DNA of 64,000 nt from contig CAVSUQ010000011.1 of assembly GCA_963731305.1 (NCBI GenBank), forward strand, positions 11,670 to 75,669, read 5' to 3'. This stretch comes from an uncultured Gemmatimonadales bacterium (GTDB lineage Bacteria; Gemmatimonadota; Gemmatimonadetes; Gemmatimonadales; Gemmatimonadaceae). Positions within the stretch are counted from its first letter, which is position 1; every line of letters starts with the position of its first letter. The notes under the pieces are model-generated. The model was not told the DNA's origin and searched no databases. It saw only the letters and a list, made by a program, of their open reading frames with translations. Below are positions 20,546 through 29,989 of this stretch, one piece after another. The position numbers and the translations under genes were made by a program.

Positions 20546-21625
20546 ATGGAAGACGCCGTGAATTCCGTGGTGTCGCGGCGCGAGTCGCGACGTTCGTTCC
20601 TTCGCAACAGCGCAGTCGCTGCGGTAGCCGGAACACTGGTGAGCGCGTGCAAGCCTGCTGCCGCATCCGAGCGATCGGTGAAAGCGGTCACGAAGGCAGC
20701 GCCGGTGGTAGCGACTCCCGTCGCGTTCGGTGCCGAAGACGTCAGTGCTGCGTCAATCGCCGCTGCCGACGCGATGGATAAAATGCACGAGGCCGGGATC
20801 AAGGCATTTCCCGCCAGCACCAGGGGCCGAGGCAATCAACTTCTCGCACCACGTATCGAGCACGGCGTCAAGGTATTCGACCTCACCGCGAAGAGGATGC
20901 AGTGGGAAACGGAGCCGGGCAAGGTTACGGAGGCGTGGGCATACAACGGGATGGTGCCCGGTCCGATGATTCGCGTCCGCGATGGCGAGCGTGTGAGGGT
21001 CAACATAAAGAACGAGCTGCCGGAATCCACGTCGATCCACTTTCACGGCGTGGAGCTCCCGAATGACCAGGATGGAGTGCCGTTCATAACGCAGCCTCCG
21101 ATCAAGCCAGGCCAGAGCTACACCTACGAGTTCGCTCCGCCGAATCACGGCTCGCACATGTATCACTCGCACCACGACTCCACCAAGCAGGTGGGCCTCG
21201 GCCTGCTCGGCGCATTCATCGTCGAGCCCAGGGACAGCTCGGAAGAGCCGCACGCAGACGTCGATCACGTCCTGATTCTGAACGACGGGCTGAACGGCTT
21301 CACCATCAACGGAAAGGGATTTCCGGCGACCGACCCGATCGTCGCGAGGCTCGGGCAGACGGTGCGGATCCGTTTCATGAATGAAGGGATGATGATCCAC
21401 CCGATGCACCTGCATGGCATGCACATGACCGTCATCGCCAAGGACGGATGGGCGCAGCCGCAGCCATGGAGGTGCGACACCCTCAACGTGGCGCCGGGCG
21501 AGCGCTGGGATGTGCTGGTGAAATGCAATAATCCCGGCACCTGGGCATTCCACTGCCATATTCTGCCGCACGCGGAGTCGGAGCAGGGCATGTTCGGCAT
21601 GGTGACCGCGCTGATAGTGAAATAG
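20546..21625 (+). CDS. Tat-exported multicopper oxidase (three-cupredoxin CopA/CueO-like, compact)
   Basis: Tat signal SRRESRRSFLRNSAVAAVAG. Copper motifs HFHGVELPN, HMYHSHHD, HPMHLHGMHM and WAFHCHILPHAESEQGM. The start at 20546 (MEDAV...) is preferred over 20465. Confidence 0.85.
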   Translation: MEDAVNSVVSRRESRRSFLRNSAVAAVAGTLVSACKPAAASERSVKAVTKAAPVVATPVAFGAEDVSAASIAAADAMDKMHEAGIKAFPASTRGRGNQLLAPRIEHGVKVFDLTAKRMQWETEPGKVTEAWAYNGMVPGPMIRVRDGERVRVNIKNELPESTSIHFHGVELPNDQDGVPFITQPPIKPGQSYTYEFAPPNHGSHMYHSHHDSTKQVGLGLLGAFIVEPRDSSEEPHADVDHVLILNDGLNGFTINGKGFPATDPIVARLGQTVRIRFMNEGMMIHPMHLHGMHMTVIAKDGWAQPQPWRCDTLNVAPGERWDVLVKCNNPGTWAFHCHILPHAESEQGMFGMVTALIVK

Positions 21626-21672
21626 GTAATAGTCCGGTAGTCGTCCTCGTTGGTGATGGTAGCTTTATAGCC

Positions 21673-23169
21673 ATGACCAACGAGAGCCACGACAGTGCAG
21701 ACGGTGATACTAGGACCACACCGCCCGAGTGGCTGTCGCGGCCGCCGTCGGCCGGCATGTACGAAAAGATTCTGGAGGCCGCGGCAGATGCGATCGTCAC
21801 GATCAACGAGGCACAGGAAATAGTGCACTTCAATCGCGGTGCAGAGCAGATCTTTGGATATCGCAAGGACGAGGTGCTGGGCCGCAACCTGGACAAGCTG
21901 CTGCCGGCGCAGTTCCGCGCGAACCATGCTGCATACGTCGTTGCATTTGGCGAGTCCGCCGACTCCGCGAGATTGATGGGTCACAGGCGTGAAGTATTCG
22001 GACTCAGGAAGAATGGAACGGAGTTTCCGGCGGAGGCTTCCATCCTCAAGCTGGACGCACCGGATGGACGCCGGCTTTATACCGCACTCGTGCGCGATGT
22101 GACCGACCGGAAGCGGATGGAGGGACATCAGCGATTTCTGGCGGAGGTCGGCATCGCACTAAGTGACTCGCTCGATTACGATGCGACGATCGCGTCCGTG
22201 GCGCGGCTGCCGGTGCCGACGCTTGCCGATGCGTGCATCATCGAGGTGATCGACGAGGTGGGCGAGATTCATCGGGCGACATATGGTAGCGCGGAACTGC
22301 TGAACGGAGCTGTATCTGCCGATGTGGCAACGCAGGAGCTGACACTCACGGCCCGCGGACAACCAGTGGGCGTGTTGACGTTGCTACGAGCCGATTCGTC
22401 GCGCGGCAATGATCAGGGTGATTCGATCATCGCAGCCAATTTTGCAACGCGTGCGGCGCTCGCGGTGGACAACGCACGATTGTATCACGAGGCCCAACGC
22501 GCAACCGCCGCGAGAGACGAGATACTGGGAGTCGTATCGCACGACCTCAGGAATCCGTTGAGCGCGATCGCGATGTGTTCACGTGTACTGGTCGATACAC
22601 CGCCGGCCGACGCGGCCGCGCGGCGCGAGCTGGCAAGGACGATCCACGAATCGACGACGTGGATGTCACGCATGATTCAGGATCTGCTCGACGTCTCGGC
22701 GATCGACGCAGGTGTACTCTCCATTGTCCGTGACAGTGCGGATATCGGCCAGATCGTGATGCGATCTGCTGGCCTTTTCACACGGACGGCGGCGGAACGC
22801 GGTGTGGCCATTGTTGTGACGGTGGACGAATCGCTGCCGCGAGCGTCTGTAGATGCAGAGCGAATAGTGCAGGCGATCGCGAATCTCATCGGCAACGCGG
22901 TGAAGTTCACTCCGGCCGGCGGAAGTGTCACGGTCAAGGCTCGCTCACACGGGGAAGTGATAGAGATTGCCGTTGAGGATACGGGACGGGGGATCCCCGA
23001 CGCGGACGTCCCATTCATTTTCGATCGATTCTGGCATACACGCGGTGCAGCCGCCGGGACAGGGTTGGGGCTGGCGATTGTGAAGGGGATCGTCGAGGCT
23101 CACGGGGGCACGGTTGCAGTCGGCAGCAGGGTTGGAGAGGGCAGCCGCTTCACTATCAGCTTGCCGTGA
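21673..23169 (+). CDS. PAS-domain sensor histidine kinase (cytoplasmic, orphan)
   Basis: PAS region (IVTINEAQEIVHFNRGAEQIFGYRKDEVLGRNL), H-box VSHDLRNPLSAI, and N/G boxes IGNAVKFTP, EDTGRGIP, GTGLGLAIVKGIVEAHGG. Confidence 0.85.
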   Translation: MTNESHDSADGDTRTTPPEWLSRPPSAGMYEKILEAAADAIVTINEAQEIVHFNRGAEQIFGYRKDEVLGRNLDKLLPAQFRANHAAYVVAFGESADSARLMGHRREVFGLRKNGTEFPAEASILKLDAPDGRRLYTALVRDVTDRKRMEGHQRFLAEVGIALSDSLDYDATIASVARLPVPTLADACIIEVIDEVGEIHRATYGSAELLNGAVSADVATQELTLTARGQPVGVLTLLRADSSRGNDQGDSIIAANFATRAALAVDNARLYHEAQRATAARDEILGVVSHDLRNPLSAIAMCSRVLVDTPPADAAARRELARTIHESTTWMSRMIQDLLDVSAIDAGVLSIVRDSADIGQIVMRSAGLFTRTAAERGVAIVVTVDESLPRASVDAERIVQAIANLIGNAVKFTPAGGSVTVKARSHGEVIEIAVEDTGRGIPDADVPFIFDRFWHTRGAAAGTGLGLAIVKGIVEAHGGTVAVGSRVGEGSRFTISLP

Positions 23170-23329
23170 CGGGCGAGCAGCCCGACGGAAAGAAGAAAGT
23201 TAAAGGGACATTCGAATGCAAACAACTGACGAGAGGAGACAGCGATGACAACGCCACCGGAGTCGGGGCACAACACTGGAGAACCGGATCGGAGCGAATC
23301 CCGTATTTCGAAAGCTCGATCGCGAGGAG

Positions 23330-23732
23330 ATGGAACAGCTTCTTGCCCGTAACAACGTCGGGCGAATCGCATTCTCGCTACACGATCGAGTGGACATAGA
23401 GCCGATCAACTACGTGTTCGATTCCGGCTGGATATATGGCCGCACGAGTCACGGCACAAAACTGTCAACGATCGCGCACCAATCCCTGGGTCGCGTTCGA
23501 GGTGGACGAGGTCAGGGGGATATTCCAGTGGTCGAGCGTCGTGGTCAAGGGCGCGTTTTATCTCATAGATGCAGACACGTCGATCCGGCAGGACCCCGCG
23601 TTCAATCGTGGCGTCGAGCTACTTCGGGCGCTCATACCTCAAACTATGGCGGCCAGTGATCCAACTCCGTTCCGCAATTCGGTGTTTCGCATTCATCTTG
23701 ACGAGGTCACCGGGCGAGCGGCGAACGGATAG
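23330..23732 (+). pseudogene. Pyridoxamine 5'-phosphate oxidase-family (flavin-binding split-barrel) protein, one frame change near 23470
   Basis: MEQLLARNNVGRIAFSLHDRVDIEPINYVFDSGWIYGRTSHGTKLSTIAH lies in ORF 23330-23659. The sequence continues as NPWVAFEVDEVRGIFQWSSVVVKGAFYLID in ORF 23436-23732. Confidence 0.65.
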
Positions 23733-23809
23733 CTATAGATAACGGGAGCGGGACTGCCAGCTGCACATTCACAACAGGGCACCTGCTGGCGTCCGGATTT
23801 GCGTCGGTC

Positions 23810-24283
23810 ACATCAGGCGTCGAAGGTGGTCGTCCGCGGCGACACAGCGTGATCCATCGCATGGTTGCTGGCGACCCTCTTCGGTCCGGAAACGACTCCT
23901 GGGCCGGCTTGTCTGGGTCCTGCTACGAAAAAAATGCATCGATACCGCATGCCAGCTCAAGACTGCTATTTCGGAATCCGGCAGTGGAGTTGCCGCGGGA
24001 CAGCATCTTGTTCGCATTCTGCCGGATACGGTAGTCGCCGCCGTCGTCGTCGGACCGGCGGTCGCGTGCGGATTCCAAATCGTCGGCGAGCACTTCGACA
24101 GTGTCTATTTCGGCGCATCGCCAGAGAATGGAATTCATGGACTGCAGGCCTTCAACGTGCCTGCAGGGCGGCGGTATGATCTTGGAGTTCGTGGCTGACA
24201 TCGCTGGTGAATACGTCTTCGTCAACCACAGTTTCGGTCACGGACAGAAGGGCGCCATGGGAACGCTGGTGGTGAATCCGTAG
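23810..24283 (+). pseudogene. Remnant of a second copper nitrite reductase (nirK-like) gene: domain II only, 5'-truncated and frameshifted
   Basis: Pieces ...EKNASIP..., GVAAGQHLVRI...GPAVACGFQIVGEHFDSVYFGASPENGIHGLQAFNVPAG and GGGMILEFVADIAGEYVFVNHSFGHGQKGAMGTLVVNP lie in three frames. They align with the intact NirK tail AKNASYVVFNG...FHIVGAMFDRVYPDGNPEHALEGVQTYPVPAGGGVVFEAV...GLYPFVTHSFADAEKGAVGMIQV. Confidence 0.6.
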
Positions 24284-24316
24284 CAACAAATCGTGATCGC
24301 CGGCGCCACCTGGGAT

Positions 24317-24808
24317 CTAGAACCGCTCGCCCTTTGCCTCACGCGCCTGGCTCCCCACCGGCCGAATTCTCATCCACATCGTGAAGAAGAAGACACCGAT
24401 CGCGATCGCCTGAAGAAAACCGGCGCCGACTATCGAGATACGGAGCCATAGTGCCGAGATGTTCATGTCGAACAGGGTCGATCGCATTATTTCACCGCCG
24501 ACCCGCGCAGCGGTCCCGATCGTTATCACCCAGTACGCGGTCGCGACGAGTCGTGGGCTATATTGTGCGTCGGACTTTTCGGGGCGGGGGAAGAGCCACA
24601 GTGCAACGCCCATGATCATCATCATCACGAAGCCGACGAACAGCGCGTGCGTATGAGCACTCACGAGATATTCGTCCGGTGCTGCCCCCCACAATTCCCG
24701 ACGCGCTATCAGGTATCCACCTATAGCCAGGCCAACGGTGATAAAGGCGAGCGCGGTCTTGAGATAACGACGGACGAGCGTGTACACGGTCGCGCTACTC
24801 AGCCGCAC
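24317..24808 (-). CDS. Small 4-TM membrane protein carrying an NnrS-like His motif
   Basis: 163 aa. SAHTHALFVGFVMMMIMGVALWLFP fits H-x4-G-[WF]-x6-G-x4-L-[LF]-P, also seen twice in the larger membrane protein at 26107-27514. Last gene of the mrp operon. Confidence 0.55.
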   Translation of the reverse strand: MRLSSATVYTLVRRYLKTALAFITVGLAIGGYLIARRELWGAAPDEYLVSAHTHALFVGFVMMMIMGVALWLFPRPEKSDAQYSPRLVATAYWVITIGTAARVGGEIMRSTLFDMNISALWLRISIVGAGFLQAIAIGVFFFTMWMRIRPVGSQAREAKGERF

Positions 24809-24844
24809 TCACGCAGCTGCACTCACGCAGCTGCACTCGTGCGG
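24805..24844. repeat. 14-nt tandem repeat (gcactcacgcagct x2 plus a degenerate third copy)
   Basis: Copies at 24805-24818 and 24819-24832, with a partial copy at 24833-24844. It spans the GTG start of the small membrane gene. Confidence 0.7.
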
Positions 24845-24913
24845 CCACCAAGCTAAAGCCAGCCACCATAAAAGCCGGTGGAGTAAGTCAGCAGGAGCAC
24901 GTCGTGCCTGTGA

Positions 24914-25171
24914 TCACTTCCGGTCAATCTGCACGCGCCATACTTCCGGCCCCTGTGCCTGGTATGTCCACTCGAATGTCCCAGGGTGTTCGGCGTCGAG
25001 CTGATATCGCAATGGGCGCGGATCGTGATCGTTGATGAGAATCATCGACTGACCCTTCTCGAGACCATCGAACGTACGAAAGATGGTGGGATGCTTGTCC
25101 CTCGGCGGAATGATGCGAACGTCCAGCTCGACCGGAACGTTGCCGGACTGTGCTGCGGTTGACTGCGACAT
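24914..25171 (-). CDS. DUF2249 domain-containing protein
   Basis: 85 aa. ELDVRIIPPRDKHPTIFRTFDGLEKGQSMILINDHDPRPLRYQL is the characteristic DUF2249 signature as I recall it. Confidence 0.75.
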   Translation of the reverse strand: MSQSTAAQSGNVPVELDVRIIPPRDKHPTIFRTFDGLEKGQSMILINDHDPRPLRYQLDAEHPGTFEWTYQAQGPEVWRVQIDRK

Positions 25172-25237
25172 CTATTGCTCCTGTGATTGAATGCACTGAT
25201 GATTCAAGGTGACGCGTGGAATGCGAGGTGCCGATGA

Positions 25238-26110
25238 CTATTCCACGCGCCAGATTCTGACCTGTACTTCGTCCGGCTGCGGTTCATCTATCGTGAAGTG
25301 AAAACCTCGCTCTCTGAGAATCGGTAGAAGGAATTGCGGAACACGCATGTTGAGCTGGACCAGCATGCTCTTCGCTGGCAGATTCTCCAACGCTTCCAGC
25401 GTGCGTACCAGCGGCTCAGGCGGCTCCATGTCTCTCACGTCCAGCCACACCTCGGTGCGCGCCGGCGGATCCCCGGTGCCCGATTCGGCTGGATTCGGAG
25501 TTGTTGCGGCAGACGTCGGAGGTACGGTCGCAGGTGCCGTCGCTGCAATTGAGGATTCAGTTGCCATCTCGGGATGAAAGAACCACACCGACCAGTCGTC
25601 ATCAGCATGTCGTTCGCACCTGTGCGCGAACCCGCGCTTCTGCATGACGGCAAAGAGCGGAACCGGCTCGAATGGTGCGCGCAGATGCAGTACCTCGCGC
25701 TCACGGAGCGTCCCGACTGCTGCCATGATCCGGGAGAAGGGCTCGCCGCCCTTGCTCAGCTCCTCCCGTACATCCAGATCTACGACGGATACGGATGATG
25801 GTACGGACCATTGCACTGCCGCTGACTTCTCAATCGCATCGGTCACGTCGGCGTTCGCCGCATCGCTGGACAAGGAGTGGATACCGATCGCGTGATTGAG
25901 CTCGCGCACGAGCGAATCAGCAGACATATTGCAGAGTCGCGCCGCCTGTGCCACGGTCGTTACGCGCGCCATTATCCGCCGCATCGGTGAATGGCGAAGC
26001 TTTGCCAGCTGCGGCGAGTGGCCTGCTACCACGTCGATCAGTCGCTCGTCGCGCTCGAACAGGCGCTGCAGCTTGTCAGACGCCTGCACGGGCGTTGCAT
26101 TCGTATTCAT
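25238..26110 (-). CDS. DUF1858 (RIC/ScdA N-terminal-like) domain fused to two DUF2249/TusA-like domains
   Basis: Start MNTNATPVQ (ATG at 26110). The N-terminal part is VAGHSPQLAKLRHSPMRRIMARVTTVAQAARLCNMSADSLVRELN. Two repeats follow, of the type LDVRE..GGEPFSRIM...LHLRAPFEPVPL and LDVRDMEPPEPLVRTLEAL. The 758-aa ORF in the track is a chimera of this gene and an out-of-frame read-through. Confidence 0.65.
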   Translation of the reverse strand: MNTNATPVQASDKLQRLFERDERLIDVVAGHSPQLAKLRHSPMRRIMARVTTVAQAARLCNMSADSLVRELNHAIGIHSLSSDAANADVTDAIEKSAAVQWSVPSSVSVVDLDVREELSKGGEPFSRIMAAVGTLREREVLHLRAPFEPVPLFAVMQKRGFAHRCERHADDDWSVWFFHPEMATESSIAATAPATVPPTSAATTPNPAESGTGDPPARTEVWLDVRDMEPPEPLVRTLEALENLPAKSMLVQLNMRVPQFLLPILRERGFHFTIDEPQPDEVQVRIWRVE

Positions 26111-27514
26111 CGGAATGTCTTCGCGGTTGTGGGTTGACCAATCCTCGTGTCGATATCCCTGAACGACGTGCCGAATGTCACTCGAGCAATCTGGCTCGCG
26201 AACAACCCGGCACCGGCGACGAACAGACATGCTGCAAGACGCACTACCAGGACAGTGCCTGTTATAACGCCTATTTCCAGCCACAGGATTGCGGCGGCGA
26301 AAAGCGCGAGGTCCATATGCGCGACGAGCGGAGAGTACAGCTGCGCCACGGTTGGAACCCGTTTCTTCCCCATGTTCCCCCGGAAGCGCGCCATCCACGT
26401 GAGGAACGGCACGATCTTGTAGAACTGTCCGATCACGTAAAGTGTCAGGCCGCCGAGCAGTCCCAGCATTACGTAAGCCGTATCGAGCCGGCGGTAAGTC
26501 GACCCCGCGTACAGAACGACTGGCGCGAGCGCGGCACTCGCTGCGAGGAAGACCAGCGCAGTCGCGGCGTGCCGCAGTCCGGCATCGAGTCTCGGACGTT
26601 TGCGCGCTCTGAAAAAGCACCACGCCTGGGTGAGAAAGCAGAATATGCCGGATTCGATCAACAGCAATCCGGCCCATGCGACGAAGTCTGGTCTGAGACT
26701 GTGACCAGCCAGGATCCCGAGCGCCAGAATTACCACGCCAGGCGCGAGCAGCGCGAGCGCGCGAAGCGTCCATCTGGTGTCGGCGCTGTGTGCCAGGAGA
26801 AACATCGGCAGGAGGCGATGTGAGATGCCGGCGATCATCACCAGAACCCAGCCGATCAGTGCGACATGCAGGTGTGTCGCAAGAATGGTGACACGCCAGT
26901 CGCCGAGGAATCCGGTGTGCAGATTCCGAGCGAGCAGAGCGCCCATCGCAAATGTCACGGTGAGAAACGAGAGTGCGATCACGAATGCTCCCCATATCAC
27001 GTTGCGATCGACCACTCTGCGCAGCGACAGCGCTACGTTTACGATGAGGCACGTGACACCAACAGCTATCAGGGCGATTCCGGAGTTGCGAAGCATGCCC
27101 GAGCTGAACGCCACTCCGGATGCAAACAGCGCAACACCGGGTGCAAAGGTCCAGAAAGCTGACGTGTCCGGCGCGCTCCGATCTGATCGACACACCGAGC
27201 GCAACGGGCAGCAGTTGATACATCGCTCCGAAGATCGTCATGCTGAGCCAGCCGAGCGTGAAGCAATGTGTAACGCCGGCGACGTGTGGCGATAGATATA
27301 GACCCGCAGCGAGCTCCGGCGCGATCCAGACGAGTCCGATTGATCCCGTACACAGAAAGAAGAGCGCCGCTGCGAAGTGCTCACCGGGAAGGCGTAATGA
27401 CGGAGTTCCTTCCATCGCCAGCCCTGCCATTCCCGGTCCACGCGCCGGCGCCGGCCGCGTGGACCATGCCGGCGCACGCACTGCAATGCTCGGCAACGCC
27501 GGTGCAGCGCTCAC
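26107..27514 (-). pseudogene. Polytopic NnrS-like haem/copper-type membrane protein, one frame change near 27160
   Basis: The N-terminus (LRLPGEHFAAALFFLCTGSIGLVWIAPE...HCFTLGWLSMTIFGAMYQLLPVALG) is in the frame of ORF 25238-27514. The remainder (AFWTFAPGVALF...ATHLHVALIGWVLVMIAGISHRLLPMF...) is in ORF 26107-27204. The H-x4-G-W-x6-G-x4-LLP motif occurs twice. The start is either GTG 27514 (GTGA overlap with the mrp stop) or ATG 27430. Confidence 0.5.
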
Positions 27515-28622
27515 GTAGTGACCGCTTCGCCGTCCGCGAGCTGCCAGCCCAGCGCGTTGACGATCCTGTGCGCAATCGCGTCGAAGCTTCTGGCGAACTC
27601 GCTGTCGCTGCGGGTGATGATGGCAGGATTACCTGCGTCTCCTTCACGCACCACCTCCGCGTCGAACGGTACTGTGCCGAGCAGCGGAACGCCAAGCGCC
27701 ATCGCGACAATGGCGCCGCCACCGCTGCCAAAGGCGCCCGACATGTTCTCCACGACACCGAGCACCGGCACATCGAGCTGCGCGAACATGTCGCCTGCTT
27801 TCTGCGCCTCGACAGCTGCGAGTCGCTGCGGCTGCGTCACCACGATGGCGCCGGATACCTCGACAGCCTGTACGAGGCTGAGCGGGATGTCTCCCGTACC
27901 TGGCGGAAGATCGACAACGAGTACATCGAGCTGCGGCCATTCCACGCCGCGTGCGAACTGCTTCACGGCCTTCGACACCATCGGACCACGCCAGATCGCT
28001 GGAGATCCCTCGCCCAGGAAGAAGCCGAAGCTGATGAGCGTGAGGCCAAGCACCTCGACCGGAACGATGTGCTTGTCCGCTGTCATGCGAACGTGCTTCG
28101 AACCGTCCTCGATGCCGAGCAGGATCGGAACGCTCGGCCCGTATATATCGGCGTCGAGAAGCCCAACGACGAAGCCAGCGCGAACGAGTGCGAGAGCAAC
28201 GCTGACCGCGACCGTGCTCTTTCCGACGCCGCCCTTTCCGGCGCCGACAGCGATGATGTCGCGGACGTTGCCCAGTCTTACGCGGTCCGCCCACGGGTCC
28301 GGCACTCCGGCCCGCGCCGGTCCGGCGTTCGGGGAGTGCGGTATTGGCTGGGCGGCGGGTCGGGCTTGACGATCTCGACCGTGACCAGTGTCGCGCCTGA
28401 AGCAGCGAGGCGATCACGCACGGCAACGCGGAGTCGCTCGGGAATGGACTCATCCGCGGTGCGGAGGGCCAGCTGCACCTTGACCTGCGTTCCGCATACC
28501 GATATGTGCTTCACCATGCCGAACGACACGAGATCGCGCGTCAGTCCGGGATAGTGAACGTCTCGCAGCGCGCTGCGTACCATATCAACGTCGAGCTCTA
28601 AATCTGGCTCAGCTGTTGCCAT
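27511..28622 (-). pseudogene. apbC: Mrp/NBP35/ApbC-family Fe-S cluster carrier ATPase with N-terminal DUF59 domain, one frame change near 28340
   Basis: The DUF59 part (LRDVHYPGLTRDLVSFGMVKHISV) is in ORF 28278-28622. The ATPase part (IIAVGAGKGGVGKSTVAVSVALALVRAGFVVGLLDADIYGPS) is in ORF 27511-28305. The linker is readable across the two frames. Confidence 0.75.
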
Positions 28623-28683
28623 GAAAGAACGCTAGCTCGACCGCACATCGCGAGGTGTGACGGATGTCTCAGGGAGAGGAGTG

Positions 28684-29919
28684 ATGCCCGATCATGTGGA
28701 TACCGCTGGAGTCCGTGCCAGGATTCTGCACGAGACACTCGCGACGCAGTTTCCGGCGACACTGTTCCGGTTCGACGAGCGTATGGCGGATGGATATCAC
28801 TCTGACCGCTATTTCGTTCTGACGGCGAAAACAATATCGCATGCCGCGCTCGATCCAGTCGTCACCGTGCAGCTGTTTGCAAAACGGCAGGGCATTCTGG
28901 CAGGCGTTTACGAAGCGCTCGGGATGTTGCAGACTGAGCTCGCGACCAATCCGCATACTGGATCGCGGTATGACTTCCACGAGCTTACGATCGATACTCT
29001 CGTGGACGGCGATGTCGTGCTTCCCTGGGAGCCGCTCATGCATATCACAGGTCCCTATCTCGCGTTCGCGCATCTCGAAACGGACTACCTTGGCGTCATC
29101 GCTCGGCGCACCATGATCGCAACCAATGTGCGACGCGTTATTGACGCCGCCAATGGGAAGCCGGTCATCTTCATGGGAGCTCGGCACGATGACTGGCGCG
29201 TTCAGACCGCGGATGGCTATGCCGCAAAGATCGGCGGAATCGCCAGCGTGTCTACGGATGCGAACGGAGCCTGGTGGGGCGGCGGCGGTGTGGGCACGAT
29301 GCCCCACTCGATGATCGCCTCGTTTGGCGGCGACGTCGTGCGCGCCACCCGGCAATTTGCGCGATACTGCCGCGACGTGGCGCTTGATGTGGATATTGTG
29401 AGCCTCACGGATTACAACAACGATGTGATCGGCGACTCGCTGGCCGTCGCGCGTGCAATGCGCGATGAATTCGGCGACGGCGCGCTATGGGGAGTGCGGA
29501 TCGACACGAGTGAGAAGCTTGTCGATAAATCACTCGAAGCGGAGGCGATGCGCTTTCCCGAGCGTCGTCTCAACGGAGTGTGCCCTGAACTTGTCCTGCT
29601 GCTGCGTCGGGCGCTCGACGCCGAAGGGTTCAGCTATGTGAGAATCGGCGTGTCCGGCGGTTTCCATGTGAGGAAGATCGAGCGCTTCGAGGCCGAGCAT
29701 ATTCCGGTGGACTTTTACGGAGTGGGAAGCTCGCTGCTGGGCCACAATAACGGCGCGATCGATGGCCTCACAAACAACTTCGACGTCACGGCCGACATCG
29801 TTCGGGTGAATGGAAGCGCCGAGAGCAAAGCGGGGAGGGAGGAGCGCGGCAACCAGCGCTTCATACGACTGGATCACCAGCTGCTCGATCGGCTCGAAGC
29901 CGGGGCCACCGCCAGATGA
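28684..29919 (+). CDS. Nicotinate phosphoribosyltransferase (archaeal/type-II PRTase family)
   Basis: Intact ORF; the family call rests on recall of overall similarity (e.g. DRYFVLTAKT..., GARHDDW, GIASVSTDANG, MPHSMIASFGG) rather than one diagnostic motif. ATG 28684 is preceded by ggagagga, and an alternative GTG lies at 28657. Confidence 0.7.
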   Translation: MPDHVDTAGVRARILHETLATQFPATLFRFDERMADGYHSDRYFVLTAKTISHAALDPVVTVQLFAKRQGILAGVYEALGMLQTELATNPHTGSRYDFHELTIDTLVDGDVVLPWEPLMHITGPYLAFAHLETDYLGVIARRTMIATNVRRVIDAANGKPVIFMGARHDDWRVQTADGYAAKIGGIASVSTDANGAWWGGGGVGTMPHSMIASFGGDVVRATRQFARYCRDVALDVDIVSLTDYNNDVIGDSLAVARAMRDEFGDGALWGVRIDTSEKLVDKSLEAEAMRFPERRLNGVCPELVLLLRRALDAEGFSYVRIGVSGGFHVRKIERFEAEHIPVDFYGVGSSLLGHNNGAIDGLTNNFDVTADIVRVNGSAESKAGREERGNQRFIRLDHQLLDRLEAGATAR

Positions 29920-29989
29920 AGCTCGATTCAGCTTGCACGCGGAGAGACAACCGCAGATTGCCCGCGATGACATCGATCCAGGTGGGATA

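Noticed and set aside
22986-22999. GGGGGATCCCC palindrome resembling the G-tract/C-tract operator motif.
   Set aside because: It lies inside the histidine kinase coding sequence (encoding TGRGIPDA of the G1 box) and lacks the TA-flanked TAGGGG/CCCCTA half-sites. It is most simply a coding coincidence.
25238-27514. Single 758-aa ORF in the track.
   Set aside because: It is a chimera. Only its first 90 or so codons (the NnrS-like N-terminus) and last 290 codons (the DUF1858/DUF2249 gene) look like real protein. The middle is an out-of-frame read-through of the membrane gene, which is encoded in the frame of ORF 26107-27204.
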